This document shows, piece after piece, positions 7,977 to 17,532 of a stretch of 31,890 nt of DNA. The stretch is from positions 1 through 31,890 of the forward strand of contig JZWU02000017.1 in NCBI GenBank assembly GCA_000960865.2, given 5' to 3'. The position numbers were made by a program, and so were the translations under genes. Under the pieces are notes generated by a model, which did no database searches, was not told where the DNA came from, and worked only from the letters and a program-made list of their open reading frames with translations. The DNA is from Vulcanisaeta sp. AZ3 (GTDB taxonomy: Archaea > Thermoproteota > Thermoprotei > Thermoproteales > Thermocladiaceae). The stretch's first letter is position 1. Each line of letters begins with the position of its first letter.

Positions 7977-9437
7977 ATGGTTGTTTTGCTTGTTAGGTTT
8001 GGTGAGGTTGCGATTAAGGGACCAGGGGCTAGGGTTAGGATGGAGAGGCTTTTAGTGCATAATATATTTGTTGGGCTTAGGGGTTTTGGGGTTAGGGTTT
8101 GGAGGTCTCAGGGTAGGTTGTTTGTGGAGGTTCCTGATGATGGGGTTAGGGAGGGTGTTGATGCGATTAGTAGGGTGTTTGGTGTTAAGTCTTTGTCTCC
8201 TGCTAAGGCTTTTGAGTTTAAGGGTTTGGATGATTTGGTGAGGGTTGCTGTTGGGGAGTGGGGTGGTTTGGTTAGGGGTAGGCTTTTTGCTGTTAGGGTT
8301 CGTAGGGTTGGTAATCATCCGTTTACTTCGTTGGATGTGGCTAGGGCTGTTGGTGCTGCTTTGAAGCCTTTTAGTGCTGGTGTTGATCTTGAGAAGCCTG
8401 ATGTTGAGTTGTTTATGGAGGTTAGGGGGGATAGGGTGTATTTATTTACTGAGGTTGTTAGGGGTCCTGGTGGTTTGCCTCTTGGTTCTGAGGGTAGGTT
8501 GTTGGCTTTGGTGTCTGGTGGTTTTGATTCGCCGGTTGCTGCTTGGTTTATGATGCGTAGGGGTTCTTATGTTGATGCGCTTCATTGTTCTCTTGCTTAT
8601 CCTGTGGATGTTGTTAATTTTCTTAGGGTTTCTTGGGCTCTTTTTAGTAGGTGGTCTATTGGTTATGATGCTAGGCTCTTTATTCTTAATTGTTCGAGGC
8701 TTGTTAATGAGCTTAGGGCTAGGGTTAATCCGCATCTTTGGGGTGTTGTTTTTAAGCGTATTTTATACATGCTTGGTGCTGAGGTTGCTAGGTCTGTGGG
8801 TGCTCTTGGTCTTGTTACGGGTGAGTCTCTTGGGCAAGTTTCGTCCCAGACTTTGCATAATTTAATGGCTATTGAGCATGGTGTTGATATGCCTATTTAT
8901 AGGCCGTTGATTGGTCTTGATAAGGATGATATTGTTAATTATGCGAGGCTTATAGGGACTTATGAGGAGTCAATGAGGAATGAGGAGTTTTGTGCCATAT
9001 TTTCTGAGAAGCCTAGGACGGAGGTTAGTGTTGAGGAGTTGGAGGGTGAGGTTAAGAAGTTAAGTCCTGATTTAGTTAGGGATATTTTGTCTACGATGGT
9101 TACTATTAGGGTGAGTGCAGTACCTAGTGTTTTGGGTTCGTTGACTCAGGGTTTTGATGATGTTGATATTGATCACGTGCCTAGTGATTCCGTTGTTATA
9201 GATTTAAGGAGTAGGGAGGATTATGAGGCTTGGCATTATCCAGGTGCTGTGAATGTTACTCTTGAGGATTTGCCTAGGGTTGTGGAGTCTATGGGTAGGG
9301 ATAAGACTTACGTACTTTATTGTAGTAAGGGTTTGAGTAGTAAGTGGGGTGCTCTTAAGCTTAGGGGTCTTGGTGTTAGGGCTTTCTCAATAGGTATTGA
9401 TAGGTTGAGGAGGTATGAGGGTGTCAAGGGGGCCTAG
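7977..9437 (+). CDS. thiI: tRNA 4-thiouridine(8) synthase ThiI with C-terminal rhodanese domain
   Basis: RFGEVAIKG start, THUMP domain, PP-loop SGGFDS, GESLGQVSSQTLHNL, and a rhodanese domain (IDLR...HYPGA...YCSKG). Confidence 0.95.
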   Translation: MVVLLVRFGEVAIKGPGARVRMERLLVHNIFVGLRGFGVRVWRSQGRLFVEVPDDGVREGVDAISRVFGVKSLSPAKAFEFKGLDDLVRVAVGEWGGLVRGRLFAVRVRRVGNHPFTSLDVARAVGAALKPFSAGVDLEKPDVELFMEVRGDRVYLFTEVVRGPGGLPLGSEGRLLALVSGGFDSPVAAWFMMRRGSYVDALHCSLAYPVDVVNFLRVSWALFSRWSIGYDARLFILNCSRLVNELRARVNPHLWGVVFKRILYMLGAEVARSVGALGLVTGESLGQVSSQTLHNLMAIEHGVDMPIYRPLIGLDKDDIVNYARLIGTYEESMRNEEFCAIFSEKPRTEVSVEELEGEVKKLSPDLVRDILSTMVTIRVSAVPSVLGSLTQGFDDVDIDHVPSDSVVIDLRSREDYEAWHYPGAVNVTLEDLPRVVESMGRDKTYVLYCSKGLSSKWGALKLRGLGVRAFSIGIDRLRRYEGVKGA

Positions 9438-10173
9438 TGAGGCTTACGTTAGGTCTAGGGTGCCTCCTGGATTTCATCTTGAGGTGGCTAGGGCAGTGCA
9501 GCGGGTGTTGGCGGGTAGGGTTGTTGAGAGGGATTTGGTTAGTGTTGATGATGTTGATTTGGTGACGGGTATTGATGTTGCTTATGTGAGTGTTGGTGGT
9601 CAGGAGTTTGGTGTTTCTGTGGCTAGTACGTATTCTTTGAGTAAGTCTTCAGTTGTTGAGTGGAGTTGTTGGGTTGGTCGTGTTGCTTTTCCCTACGTGC
9701 CTACTTTGCTTTCTTTTAGGGAGTTGAAGCCTATGGTTGGTGCTTATCTTAGACTTAGGGTTAGGCCTCAGGTGGTGTTGATTGATGGTCATGGTAGGGC
9801 GCATCCCTTTAGGTTGGGTATAGCGAGTCATTTTGGTGTTTGTTTGGGTGTGCCGACTATTGGGGTTGCTAAGTCTTTGCTTTATGGTAGGGTGAGTGGT
9901 GAGGGGGCTATTTTAGATCCTGTAACTAATGAAGTGATTGGTTGGTCCTTACAGTGTGCTCCGAGTAAGCTTACATATGTGAGTGTTGGTCATGGTATTT
10001 CGTTAAGTAGTGCTGTTGGGTTGGTGAGGAGGCTTTGTGTTGGTTCTCAAATGCCAATCCCCATACTTCACTCTCATAGGGAGGCTAATGAGTTGAAGAG
10101 AAGGGTTAGTGGTTATCTTAGGAGTGGTGATTATAATGCCTTGGACTCCTTGTGCGCATCACACTTGTTCTAA
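9415..10173 (+). CDS. nfi: Endonuclease V (inosine-specific nuclease)
   Basis: GIDVAY, FPYVPTLLSFRE, DGHGRAHP.RLGIASH and TIGVAKS motifs. Confidence 0.95.
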   Translation: MRVSRGPSEAYVRSRVPPGFHLEVARAVQRVLAGRVVERDLVSVDDVDLVTGIDVAYVSVGGQEFGVSVASTYSLSKSSVVEWSCWVGRVAFPYVPTLLSFRELKPMVGAYLRLRVRPQVVLIDGHGRAHPFRLGIASHFGVCLGVPTIGVAKSLLYGRVSGEGAILDPVTNEVIGWSLQCAPSKLTYVSVGHGISLSSAVGLVRRLCVGSQMPIPILHSHREANELKRRVSGYLRSGDYNALDSLCASHLF

Positions 10174-11310
10174 CTCATTCTTAACGGCCATTTCTAGTTT
10201 TTTCTTGTCGGCTTCGCTTAGGGTGTTTGGTTGCTCTTCGGGCTTTACTATCCACCTATTTATATACCTGTTCATGTTTTGTAGGACTACTATTCTGCTG
10301 GGTGGGTCTTCATCCATGTACTTGAAATTCCCGCCCTGTCTATTGATCTCCTCAAGTAACTTGAGTGCCCATTCTTTGACTTCCTCGTGTCTTAACATGT
10401 CGTTTCTTTTGAGTCTATAGGTTGAGTGGCCTAGGTGCATGTATGATTTAACTTCTATGAAGTGGGGGTTTCCTATTATCATGAGTTTTGCGAATTCGGG
10501 TATGTATTTGGTGTCGTAATTTAGGCTTCTGATTAGTGTTATCCTAATCACAGTCCTAGTGTTAAGCTTACTCAATAATTCAAGACTTCTTAACCACCTC
10601 TCCCAAGCATCCTCTCTATGCATTACGGGTACGTTGATTCTATAGAACAAATCCCTATTTGATGCATTGCAGGATAGGTATAACTGTGTTGGTAATGCAT
10701 CCTCACGCTCAAGTTTCTCAAGCATTTCTGGGTGTTGGCCATTGGTTACTATGAAGACTGATTTAGTAGTGGGTAGGCTCTTGAGGTATTTGACTAGTTG
10801 TGGGAGTTTCGGGTATAGTGTTGGTTCTCCGGATAGGGATATGGACCAGTGAGTTGGTGTTAAGGCCTCCTTAGCTCTATCCTTACCCTTTGAGTGTCCA
10901 AAGTAACCTGTCAATAATCTATACCTCTCGAGGAGTACGCCTCTGACTATGTCTTCAGGGTCGTCAACCATATCCTCCGTGGGTATTATGGAGTCAAAGG
11001 AGTCTGTTAGTCTCCAGCAATAAACACACCTATTGCTGCATATCATACCAACAGGGCTGAACTCAACACATCTATGCGAACCACCGGCTGGGGCTCCGTA
11101 GAATCTAAACTTATAGCAACTCTGGTTTTGGGTTAGGGCGCTTCTGGTCCAGTGGCAGAGTTCGACAGTTGCGTGATTATAGATTCCATAGCTTGCCTTC
11201 ATTAGTTTTGCTTTGGCCTCCTCGATAATTCTCAATCTAACTTTACCATTAACTTCCTCAATGTTATGGTACTTAAGGGATGTCTTCGCAACCTCGTTAA
11301 TACTCTCCAT
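10159..11310 (-). CDS. taw1: 4-demethylwyosine synthase (radical SAM) Tyw1/Taw1
   Basis: ELCHWT, CYKFRFYG...SHRC, CSNRCVYCWR (CX3CX2C), SLSGEPTLYP and EVKSYMHLGHS. Likely start is ATG 11310; the ORF track extends it to 11406. Confidence 0.95.
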   Translation of the reverse strand: MESINEVAKTSLKYHNIEEVNGKVRLRIIEEAKAKLMKASYGIYNHATVELCHWTRSALTQNQSCYKFRFYGAPAGGSHRCVEFSPVGMICSNRCVYCWRLTDSFDSIIPTEDMVDDPEDIVRGVLLERYRLLTGYFGHSKGKDRAKEALTPTHWSISLSGEPTLYPKLPQLVKYLKSLPTTKSVFIVTNGQHPEMLEKLEREDALPTQLYLSCNASNRDLFYRINVPVMHREDAWERWLRSLELLSKLNTRTVIRITLIRSLNYDTKYIPEFAKLMIIGNPHFIEVKSYMHLGHSTYRLKRNDMLRHEEVKEWALKLLEEINRQGGNFKYMDEDPPSRIVVLQNMNRYINRWIVKPEEQPNTLSEADKKKLEMAVKNELEQV

Positions 11311-11437
11311 CAGTACCAAGGATAATCCTTGAGAGAAAATATAAACCTTTATTAAGGTCTTAATGAGATGCAATGCTTCGATAAGTTCTCTAATGTGTAA
11401 ACTCAAAATGTCAATGTTTTTAATTTAAGTTTTAATT

Positions 11438-12022
11438 ATGGCTTATATGCAGTGGCATGGGCGGTTCGAAGAGTTTAATGAGGGAGTTGCTAGGATGTAT
11501 AGGTTTGCGGAGCTTGCATTGCGTTGGGCTTACTCATTAACGGCTAGGATTGTGAGAAGTGCTGTGCCTAGTCCTGCCAGGGTCCTGGAGGTTGGTCCAG
11601 GTACTGGTGTTTTAATGAATATGCTTAGTGCCTCGGGTTATTATGTTATTGGTGTTGATGCGAGTTTACCAATGCTTAGGAGGGCTAGGAGGCTTTGGAA
11701 GCCCGACATAATTAATGGCGTTAGTTTGTCGTTACCGCTGGTTGATGATTATTTTGATGCTGCTGTGGCAATGTTTACTTTGCATCACTGGGGTGATTAT
11801 GATACCTCCTTGAGGAGTCTCTATAGGGTTTTGAGGAGGCATGCGGCTTTTATAGTGGTTGAGTTTGATGGAGATCGGGTTGGTTGGTCTATGGGTCATT
11901 CATGTAGTGCTAAGTGCCTTCTTGATGCGTTGTCGCCTTATTTTGATGTGGTGATTAGGCGTAGGTTTCCGTTAATAATGGCTATTGCGAGGAGGCTAGA
12001 CAGCCCTGCCTTAGGTACTTAA
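11438..12022 (+). CDS. Class I SAM-dependent methyltransferase
   Basis: VLEVGPGTG motif I, GVDAS, FDAAVAMFTLHHW and LYRVLR. Confidence 0.9.
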   Translation: MAYMQWHGRFEEFNEGVARMYRFAELALRWAYSLTARIVRSAVPSPARVLEVGPGTGVLMNMLSASGYYVIGVDASLPMLRRARRLWKPDIINGVSLSLPLVDDYFDAAVAMFTLHHWGDYDTSLRSLYRVLRRHAAFIVVEFDGDRVGWSMGHSCSAKCLLDALSPYFDVVIRRRFPLIMAIARRLDSPALGT

Positions 12023-12221
12023 TCATGATGCTTATTGCTGTCCCTTCAATGCTGAGTGTTGCGGTTATTATTGATATGTCTATGATTGATGGTGGGTCGA
12101 TAATCGTTGAGAATAATGCTAGTACTCCTGCGAGGCCTAGTTGGGTTATTGCTAATGCTTTCATTAATTTTCTGTTTAATGTAATGCAACCCTTGCCCTT
12201 AGTTTCTGTTATGGCCTCCAT
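11982..12221 (-). CDS. Small hypothetical membrane protein (about 2 TM)
   Basis: 79-aa ORF with ATG start and two hydrophobic segments. A TATA-like CTTATAAA lies about 25-30 nt upstream, and the ORF fills the gap before tldE. Confidence 0.55.
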   Translation of the reverse strand: MEAITETKGKGCITLNRKLMKALAITQLGLAGVLALFSTIIDPPSIIDISIITATLSIEGTAISIMIKYLRQGCLASSQ

Positions 12222-12300
12222 TATATTCTCTTAATTAGTGATTCTCTTTATAAGTATTGTTTGTGGGAATGCTTATTAGGGTTATTATTATTTTGGCTTA

Positions 12301-13644
12301 ATGAGTTTGTTGGGGGATTTAGATGGTGTAATTAGGGGTGTTAGTGGTCTTGTTGATGAGGCTGTTATTGTGGCTAGGGTGTTTAGGTGGTCAATGATTA
12401 GGTTTGCGAATAATGAACCGACGGTAGTGAATAATTGGGTTACGTCTGATTCAACGGTGTACTTGACTAAGTCGAGGAGGTTTATCACTACTTCGTTATC
12501 GTCAGTTAGGGCTGAGGATCTAAGTAGGGCTATTCAGGAGTCTGTGAAGAGGTTAGGTGGATTACCTGAGGATGAATTGTATGTGCCATTGACTCACGTG
12601 GGTAGGCCGAGGCAGTTGTCTGGGTCTTACGATCCGAGTATTGAGTCTAGTGTTGATAGGGTTGTTGATGGGTTGAATGAGGCGATACAAGCTTCTCTCA
12701 GTGAGGGTTCTGTTAGGAATGCTGGTGCATTAACCTTTGGTGTTGAGGAGAGGTTTTATGTTGATAGTACTGGGCTTGAGCTTGAGGATAAGTCGTCGTT
12801 CATAACCCTCACTATTAGGGCTTTTGCTGATGATGTCTCGGCGACCTCCGTATCTGTGTCGAGGACCTTGAGTGATTTTAAGCCTAGGGATGCTGGTAGG
12901 GATGCTGGGTTCTTGGTTTCCCTGGCTAGGGGGCTCCCTGAGGGTAGTGTTGAGAGTGGTCGTTATAATGTTGTGCTTGGGCCGTTGGTTGCAGCTCATC
13001 TTTATGGTTTAATGGTTTCTAGTTGGTTTAATGCTTATTCGATAATTACTGAGATGTCTGGGATTGGTAGGGAGGATTTGGGTAAGGTTGTGGCTAGTGA
13101 GGGGTTAGTGATTGAGGATTTGTCAGGTGAGGGTTCTGTGCTTGGTTCTGAGTCTTTTGATTATGAGGGTAATGCCACAGCGAACCTTACCGTGGTTAAT
13201 AAGGGAGTGCTTGCAAACGTTCTTCATAATAATAGGACTGCGGGTAGGTTTAATGTTAGTAGTACTGGTCATGCTGTGGATAATTGGGTTAGGCCGAGGC
13301 CTAGGCATGTTAGGATAGGCACTGGCGGTTTGTCTAGTGATATTAATTCGTTGATTACGGAGTTGGGTAATGGTTTGGTGCTCACGAATAATTGGTATAC
13401 GAGGTTCCAAAACATTAAGGAGGGATTGTTCTCAACGGTGATTAGGGATGCGGCTCTCTTAGTCCGTGATGGGAGGCTTGTTGCTAGATTGCGTGGGTTG
13501 AGGATTGCGGATTCCTTTAGGGCGTTGCTTAGGAATTTTGTGGATTCAAGTAGGGAGGCTAGGCAGGTTTATTGGTGGGATTTGCCAATACCTGGGACTG
13601 CGCCTTACGTATTGGTTAAGGATTTGAACATAACTAAGGGTTAG
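12301..13644 (+). CDS. TldE/PmbA family protein
   Basis: IRFANNE, FDYEG, STGHA and NNWYTRFQN motifs. It has no HExxGH, consistent with the non-catalytic TldE subunit. Confidence 0.9.
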   Translation: MSLLGDLDGVIRGVSGLVDEAVIVARVFRWSMIRFANNEPTVVNNWVTSDSTVYLTKSRRFITTSLSSVRAEDLSRAIQESVKRLGGLPEDELYVPLTHVGRPRQLSGSYDPSIESSVDRVVDGLNEAIQASLSEGSVRNAGALTFGVEERFYVDSTGLELEDKSSFITLTIRAFADDVSATSVSVSRTLSDFKPRDAGRDAGFLVSLARGLPEGSVESGRYNVVLGPLVAAHLYGLMVSSWFNAYSIITEMSGIGREDLGKVVASEGLVIEDLSGEGSVLGSESFDYEGNATANLTVVNKGVLANVLHNNRTAGRFNVSSTGHAVDNWVRPRPRHVRIGTGGLSSDINSLITELGNGLVLTNNWYTRFQNIKEGLFSTVIRDAALLVRDGRLVARLRGLRIADSFRALLRNFVDSSREARQVYWWDLPIPGTAPYVLVKDLNITKG

Positions 13645-15073
13645 TTGGTGCTTTCAAAACCCTAATGTTATTAACTCTAAATGTTGGCCCGCCGAGGAAT
13701 ACCGGGACGCCTTGTTCGGGGTTACCCTTACCGCAGGTTCCTGGGTAAAAGGTTAGATCGTTGGCTACCGCATCAACATTGCTCCAGAGGGTCTTAGTAT
13801 CAACCTCAATGAATGGGTTCCTAACCATGTACTTTAGATCCCCATTCTCTACATAATATGCTTCGAAGCCGCCATACCTACCGAACCAACGCTTATCATC
13901 AATGTTCCACTCAGTGTAGGAGATTATGAATAACCCTCTCTTGGTTTCCCTGATTATTTCCTCGGGTTTCCAATTACCTGGTGCTAGGTAGGTATTTGCC
14001 ATTCTAGGTATTGGTTCTTTATCGAACTCGCTGGCTCTGGCTGCGGCATTACTCTCACGGCTAATGTATTTTGCGTATTCCCTATTAATTAGGAATTCGT
14101 TCACGTACCCATTCTTAATCAAGTACCTAGGTCTAGCCTGTACTCCTTCCTCATCTACTAGGTAATAACCGTAGCTGTTTGGTATTGTTGGGTCGTCTAT
14201 TATGGTCACGTAGTCACTACCTAACTTAAAGGTGCCTAGGTAATCAATCCTCATGTAGGATTCGCCAGCCTCAGCGCCCTCCCTACCCATAATTCTATCT
14301 AATTCTGATGGGTGGCCTACTGATTCGTGAACCATTATGCCTGCTAATTCGGGGCTTAGGATTACGTCCATTACATCATCATGAGGAAGCGGCTTTGCTT
14401 TATCAAGAACATCCTTAATTGCATTAACCTCTCTATCAATTGTATCTACTGTTCCATCGATAACCTCAAACCCACCTGAACCACCAACCTCCACGTTCCT
14501 CTGAGCACTACCCTTCTGTGGGTCATAGGCTATTAATGAACCGAAGAGGTAAGTCCTTGGGACTTTACTCCTTACATAGGCTCCATCGCTAGTTACTACT
14601 GTCTTCTCTGTAATCTTGACATTGAGGAATAGGTTCCTAACCCTAATCCTAGGCTCGGCCTTGGCGTGGGAGTCTAACTCAGTTAGGTACTTGATTAGGT
14701 AATCATCGCTAATGTCCTCAACCTTGACTTTTCCATCAACCTCGTAGGAAACCCTGGCCAACCTCTCATGACCAAGTGAGATCTTCCTAACTCTAATCCT
14801 AGCTACAGCCCTAGCACTAGCCACAGCCTTACTCACCGCATCCCTAATCGAGTCCCAAGAGGCGTCGCTGGTGGCTGCGAAACCCCACATGCCATCAACT
14901 AAGACTCTAATGGAAAGGCCACCATAGGAGTAATTACCGATGGATTGTAATGCACTATTCCTAACATTGACAAATCTATTAGAGTCAACTTGGAACCTTG
15001 CTTCAGCATACGTAGAACCCATGCTTAAGGCTAAATCCACGGCCTTGCTAAGAACACTCTCATCCGCACTCAT
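13634..15073 (-). CDS. tldD: TldD family metalloprotease
   Basis: HESVGHPSELDR (HExxGHxxE), IDDPT, DEEGV, PRMANTY and C-terminal CGKG. Confidence 0.93.
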   Translation of the reverse strand: MSADESVLSKAVDLALSMGSTYAEARFQVDSNRFVNVRNSALQSIGNYSYGGLSIRVLVDGMWGFAATSDASWDSIRDAVSKAVASARAVARIRVRKISLGHERLARVSYEVDGKVKVEDISDDYLIKYLTELDSHAKAEPRIRVRNLFLNVKITEKTVVTSDGAYVRSKVPRTYLFGSLIAYDPQKGSAQRNVEVGGSGGFEVIDGTVDTIDREVNAIKDVLDKAKPLPHDDVMDVILSPELAGIMVHESVGHPSELDRIMGREGAEAGESYMRIDYLGTFKLGSDYVTIIDDPTIPNSYGYYLVDEEGVQARPRYLIKNGYVNEFLINREYAKYISRESNAAARASEFDKEPIPRMANTYLAPGNWKPEEIIRETKRGLFIISYTEWNIDDKRWFGRYGGFEAYYVENGDLKYMVRNPFIEVDTKTLWSNVDAVANDLTFYPGTCGKGNPEQGVPVFLGGPTFRVNNIRVLKAPTNP

Positions 15074-15163
15074 TGAGTTATAGTCAGAAACACAATATTA
15101 AAGTATTCCAGACACGCTCATTGAGGTAGGTCTGTTAGGCCGAGGATTAAAATCGTTGAACAG

Positions 15164-15257
15164 TGGTGGGCCCGGTGGGACTTGAACCCACGGCCTACAG
15201 GTCTGGAGCTACGGCGGTTTTCACCACTGCCGCTCTACCTGGCTGAGCTACGGGCCC
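15164..15257 (-). tRNA. tRNA-Trp(CCA) with 17-nt intron at 30/31 (intron 15210-15226) and encoded 3' CCA
   Basis: GGGCCCGTAGCTCAGCCAGGTAGAGCGGCAG[TGGTGAAAACCGCCGTA]GCTCCAGACCTGTAGGCCGTGGGTTCAAGTCCCACCGGGCCCACCA. Removing the intron restores the GCAGG/CCUGU anticodon stem and the CU-CCA-GA loop. Confidence 0.96.
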
Positions 15258-15312
15258 GATTGTATTATTGCTTCACCTAATTTTTATGCTTTTCTTCATG
15301 ATAATTTTGAGC

Positions 15313-16239
15313 TTAGTATTTGTTGTAGAAGACTTGCCTTAATGTCATTCCAACTAGGCCCACTGCCGCCTTTGCATGTGGTATTGGGAATCCATAGAAC
15401 CCATGAGTTACTCCGTTGAACCTCACAGCCACTGTGGGAACTCCTGCTTCAGCTAGCTTGGCTGCATACGTCTCTGCTGAATCCCTAAGTGGATCGTATT
15501 CTGAGGTTATTATTAGGGCTGGCGGTAGGTTCTCTAGATCGTTCCTTAGTATTGGTGAGAAGCGCCAATCAAAGGCATCCGTCGGGCTTCTTAAGTAGGC
15601 TCTACTGAAGTAAGTCATTGCCTCTGCCTCAAGAAAGAACCCTGTGGCGTATTCACTAGCTGTGTGTGAGGTTACATCCACTCCTACGAACGGATTTATG
15701 AGGATTTGGTATTTGAGGCTTGGTTTCAATCCCTGATCTCTAGCCATTATTGATATTACAGCAGCTAAATTACCTCCCGCACTATCACCACCAACAGCCA
15801 CTCGCTCTGGATCCCCACCCAATTCCTTTGCATGCTCCAATACCCACTTGGTAGCATCGTAGAAATCAGTCACTGCAGCTGGGAACTTATGCTCAGGTGC
15901 TAATCGATAGTCTACAGAGACTACTATGCAATTACATGCATTTGTTAGCTCTCTGCAGAGTGGGTCGTATGTTTCTACATCACCAAGTACGAAACCCCCA
16001 CCATGTGCATAAACGAGTACTCCATAATTCTCACCCTCCCCTGGTACATATACCCTCGCTGGTATCCTGGCTTCGGTGCCCTGTATTATTATGTCAAATA
16101 TTCTATGCACGGATGCTCTTGGTTGACTTGTAAAAAATGCCTTAAAGAGTTTCCTGTACTCCTCGATTGGTACTTTAGTTATTGTTGGCATTTTGCTTAG
16201 TTGTTCAAGAATTCTCCTTACGTTTGGATCCAGTGGCAT
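15313..16239 (-). CDS. HSL-family carboxylesterase (alpha/beta hydrolase)
   Basis: HGGGF oxyanion motif, GDSAGG nucleophile elbow, DPLRD and HGF. Confidence 0.95.
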   Translation of the reverse strand: MPLDPNVRRILEQLSKMPTITKVPIEEYRKLFKAFFTSQPRASVHRIFDIIIQGTEARIPARVYVPGEGENYGVLVYAHGGGFVLGDVETYDPLCRELTNACNCIVVSVDYRLAPEHKFPAAVTDFYDATKWVLEHAKELGGDPERVAVGGDSAGGNLAAVISIMARDQGLKPSLKYQILINPFVGVDVTSHTASEYATGFFLEAEAMTYFSRAYLRSPTDAFDWRFSPILRNDLENLPPALIITSEYDPLRDSAETYAAKLAEAGVPTVAVRFNGVTHGFYGFPIPHAKAAVGLVGMTLRQVFYNKY

Positions 16240-16378
16240 ACCTTATCTCCTGACCCCCTTTCATAGATTTATTTCTTGTGTTTATATAGATCCATTAGTG
16301 AAATCTAAAACTTATGTAATGCTATTGTCTTAATTCTTTGGCTTTATTAGTGAAGCATTATTTATAAGTCAGTTATGT

Positions 16379-17443
16379 TTGTTTACCCTTGTGGTTTCGA
16401 CTGAAACTATTAGGTTGGGGAGTTCATTGTTTACTTATCCCACGATTAGGCCTAGGAGGCTTAGGTCGAGTGGGTTGATTAGGAATTTAGTTGCGGAGAC
16501 TGTGCTTAGGCCTGATGATTTTGTAATGCCTATTTTTGTTAGGGAGGATATTAATGAGCCTGAGCCTATTGGGCCTATGCCAGGTCAATATAGGTGGCCG
16601 CTTAATGATAAGTTGGTGAATTTTGTGGATCAACTTGTGAGTTCTGGTGTTAAGTCTGTAATACTCTTTGGGATTCCTGAGCATAAGGATGAGTGGGGTA
16701 GTTCTGCTTATGATGAGCATGGCATAATACAGAGGACTATTAGGTTTCTTAAGGATTCTTTTGAGGATAAGTTAATCGTTATGGCTGATGTATGTCTATG
16801 TGAGTACACTGACCATGGGCATTGCGGTGTTGTTAAGAAGTTGCCTAATGGTGATTATGTAATCGATAATGACACGACTATTGGGCTTTATGCGAAGACC
16901 GCGGTGACTTATGCCGAGGCTGGTGTTGATGTTGTGGCTCCAAGTGGTATGATGGATGGACAGGTAAGGGCTATTAGGGAGGCTCTTGATAGGGCTGGTT
17001 TCAGTAATGTTGCTATAATGGCGTATAGTGCTAAGTATGCTAGTTCATTCTATGGACCATTCAGGGAGGCGGCCGCCAGTGCGCCTAAGTTTGGTGATAG
17101 GAGGAGTTATCAGATGGATCCTAGGAATGCTCATGAGGCTATTAAGGAGGCGGCTATGGATATAAGTGAGGGTGCTGATATAGTCATGGTTAAGCCGGCT
17201 ACGTTTTACTTGGATGTGATTAGGCTTGTTAAGGAGAATTTCCCTGAGGTTCCCTTGGCGGCTTATCAGGTTAGTGGTGAGTATGCGATGCTTAAGGCGG
17301 CTATTATGAATGGGTGGCTTGATGAGAGAAAGGCTGTGCTTGAGTCCTTAATAGCTATTAGGAGGGCTGGGGCTGATTTAATAATAACGTATTTCGCGAA
17401 AGATGTGATTAATTACCTTGATGATATTGAAAGACTATTTTGA
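16379..17443 (+). CDS. hemB: Porphobilinogen synthase (ALA dehydratase)
   Basis: [20 protein letters not shown] Zn site, [22 protein letters not shown] and AYQVSGEY. The start may be GTG 16391. Confidence 0.97.
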   Translation: MFTLVVSTETIRLGSSLFTYPTIRPRRLRSSGLIRNLVAETVLRPDDFVMPIFVREDINEPEPIGPMPGQYRWPLNDKLVNFVDQLVSSGVKSVILFGIPEHKDEWGSSAYDEHGIIQRTIRFLKDSFEDKLIVMADVCLCEYTDHGHCGVVKKLPNGDYVIDNDTTIGLYAKTAVTYAEAGVDVVAPSGMMDGQVRAIREALDRAGFSNVAIMAYSAKYASSFYGPFREAAASAPKFGDRRSYQMDPRNAHEAIKEAAMDISEGADIVMVKPATFYLDVIRLVKENFPEVPLAAYQVSGEYAMLKAAIMNGWLDERKAVLESLIAIRRAGADLIITYFAKDVINYLDDIERLF

Positions 17444-17532
17444 TGATTGAGATATCTAAAGATTAGTATTTATTCAATATATTTATTTTTAACCTAGGGA
17501 AAGCAATATAAATACCCTTATTCAGTTCATCC

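Noticed and set aside
8052-8865. Several N/P/K/T-rich or L/V-rich ORFs inside thiI, and similar ones inside other genes
   Set aside because: They are shadow or alternative frames created by the extreme G/T codon bias, fully overlapping well-supported genes.
15118-15166. C/D-like spacing next to tRNA-Trp (TTGAGGT...CCGA...)
   Set aside because: The C, C' and D boxes are all degenerate, and there is no recognisable target.
15164-16300. Integrated element at the tRNA-Trp 3' end
   Set aside because: No integrase and no duplicated tRNA half are visible, and the flanking genes are ordinary.
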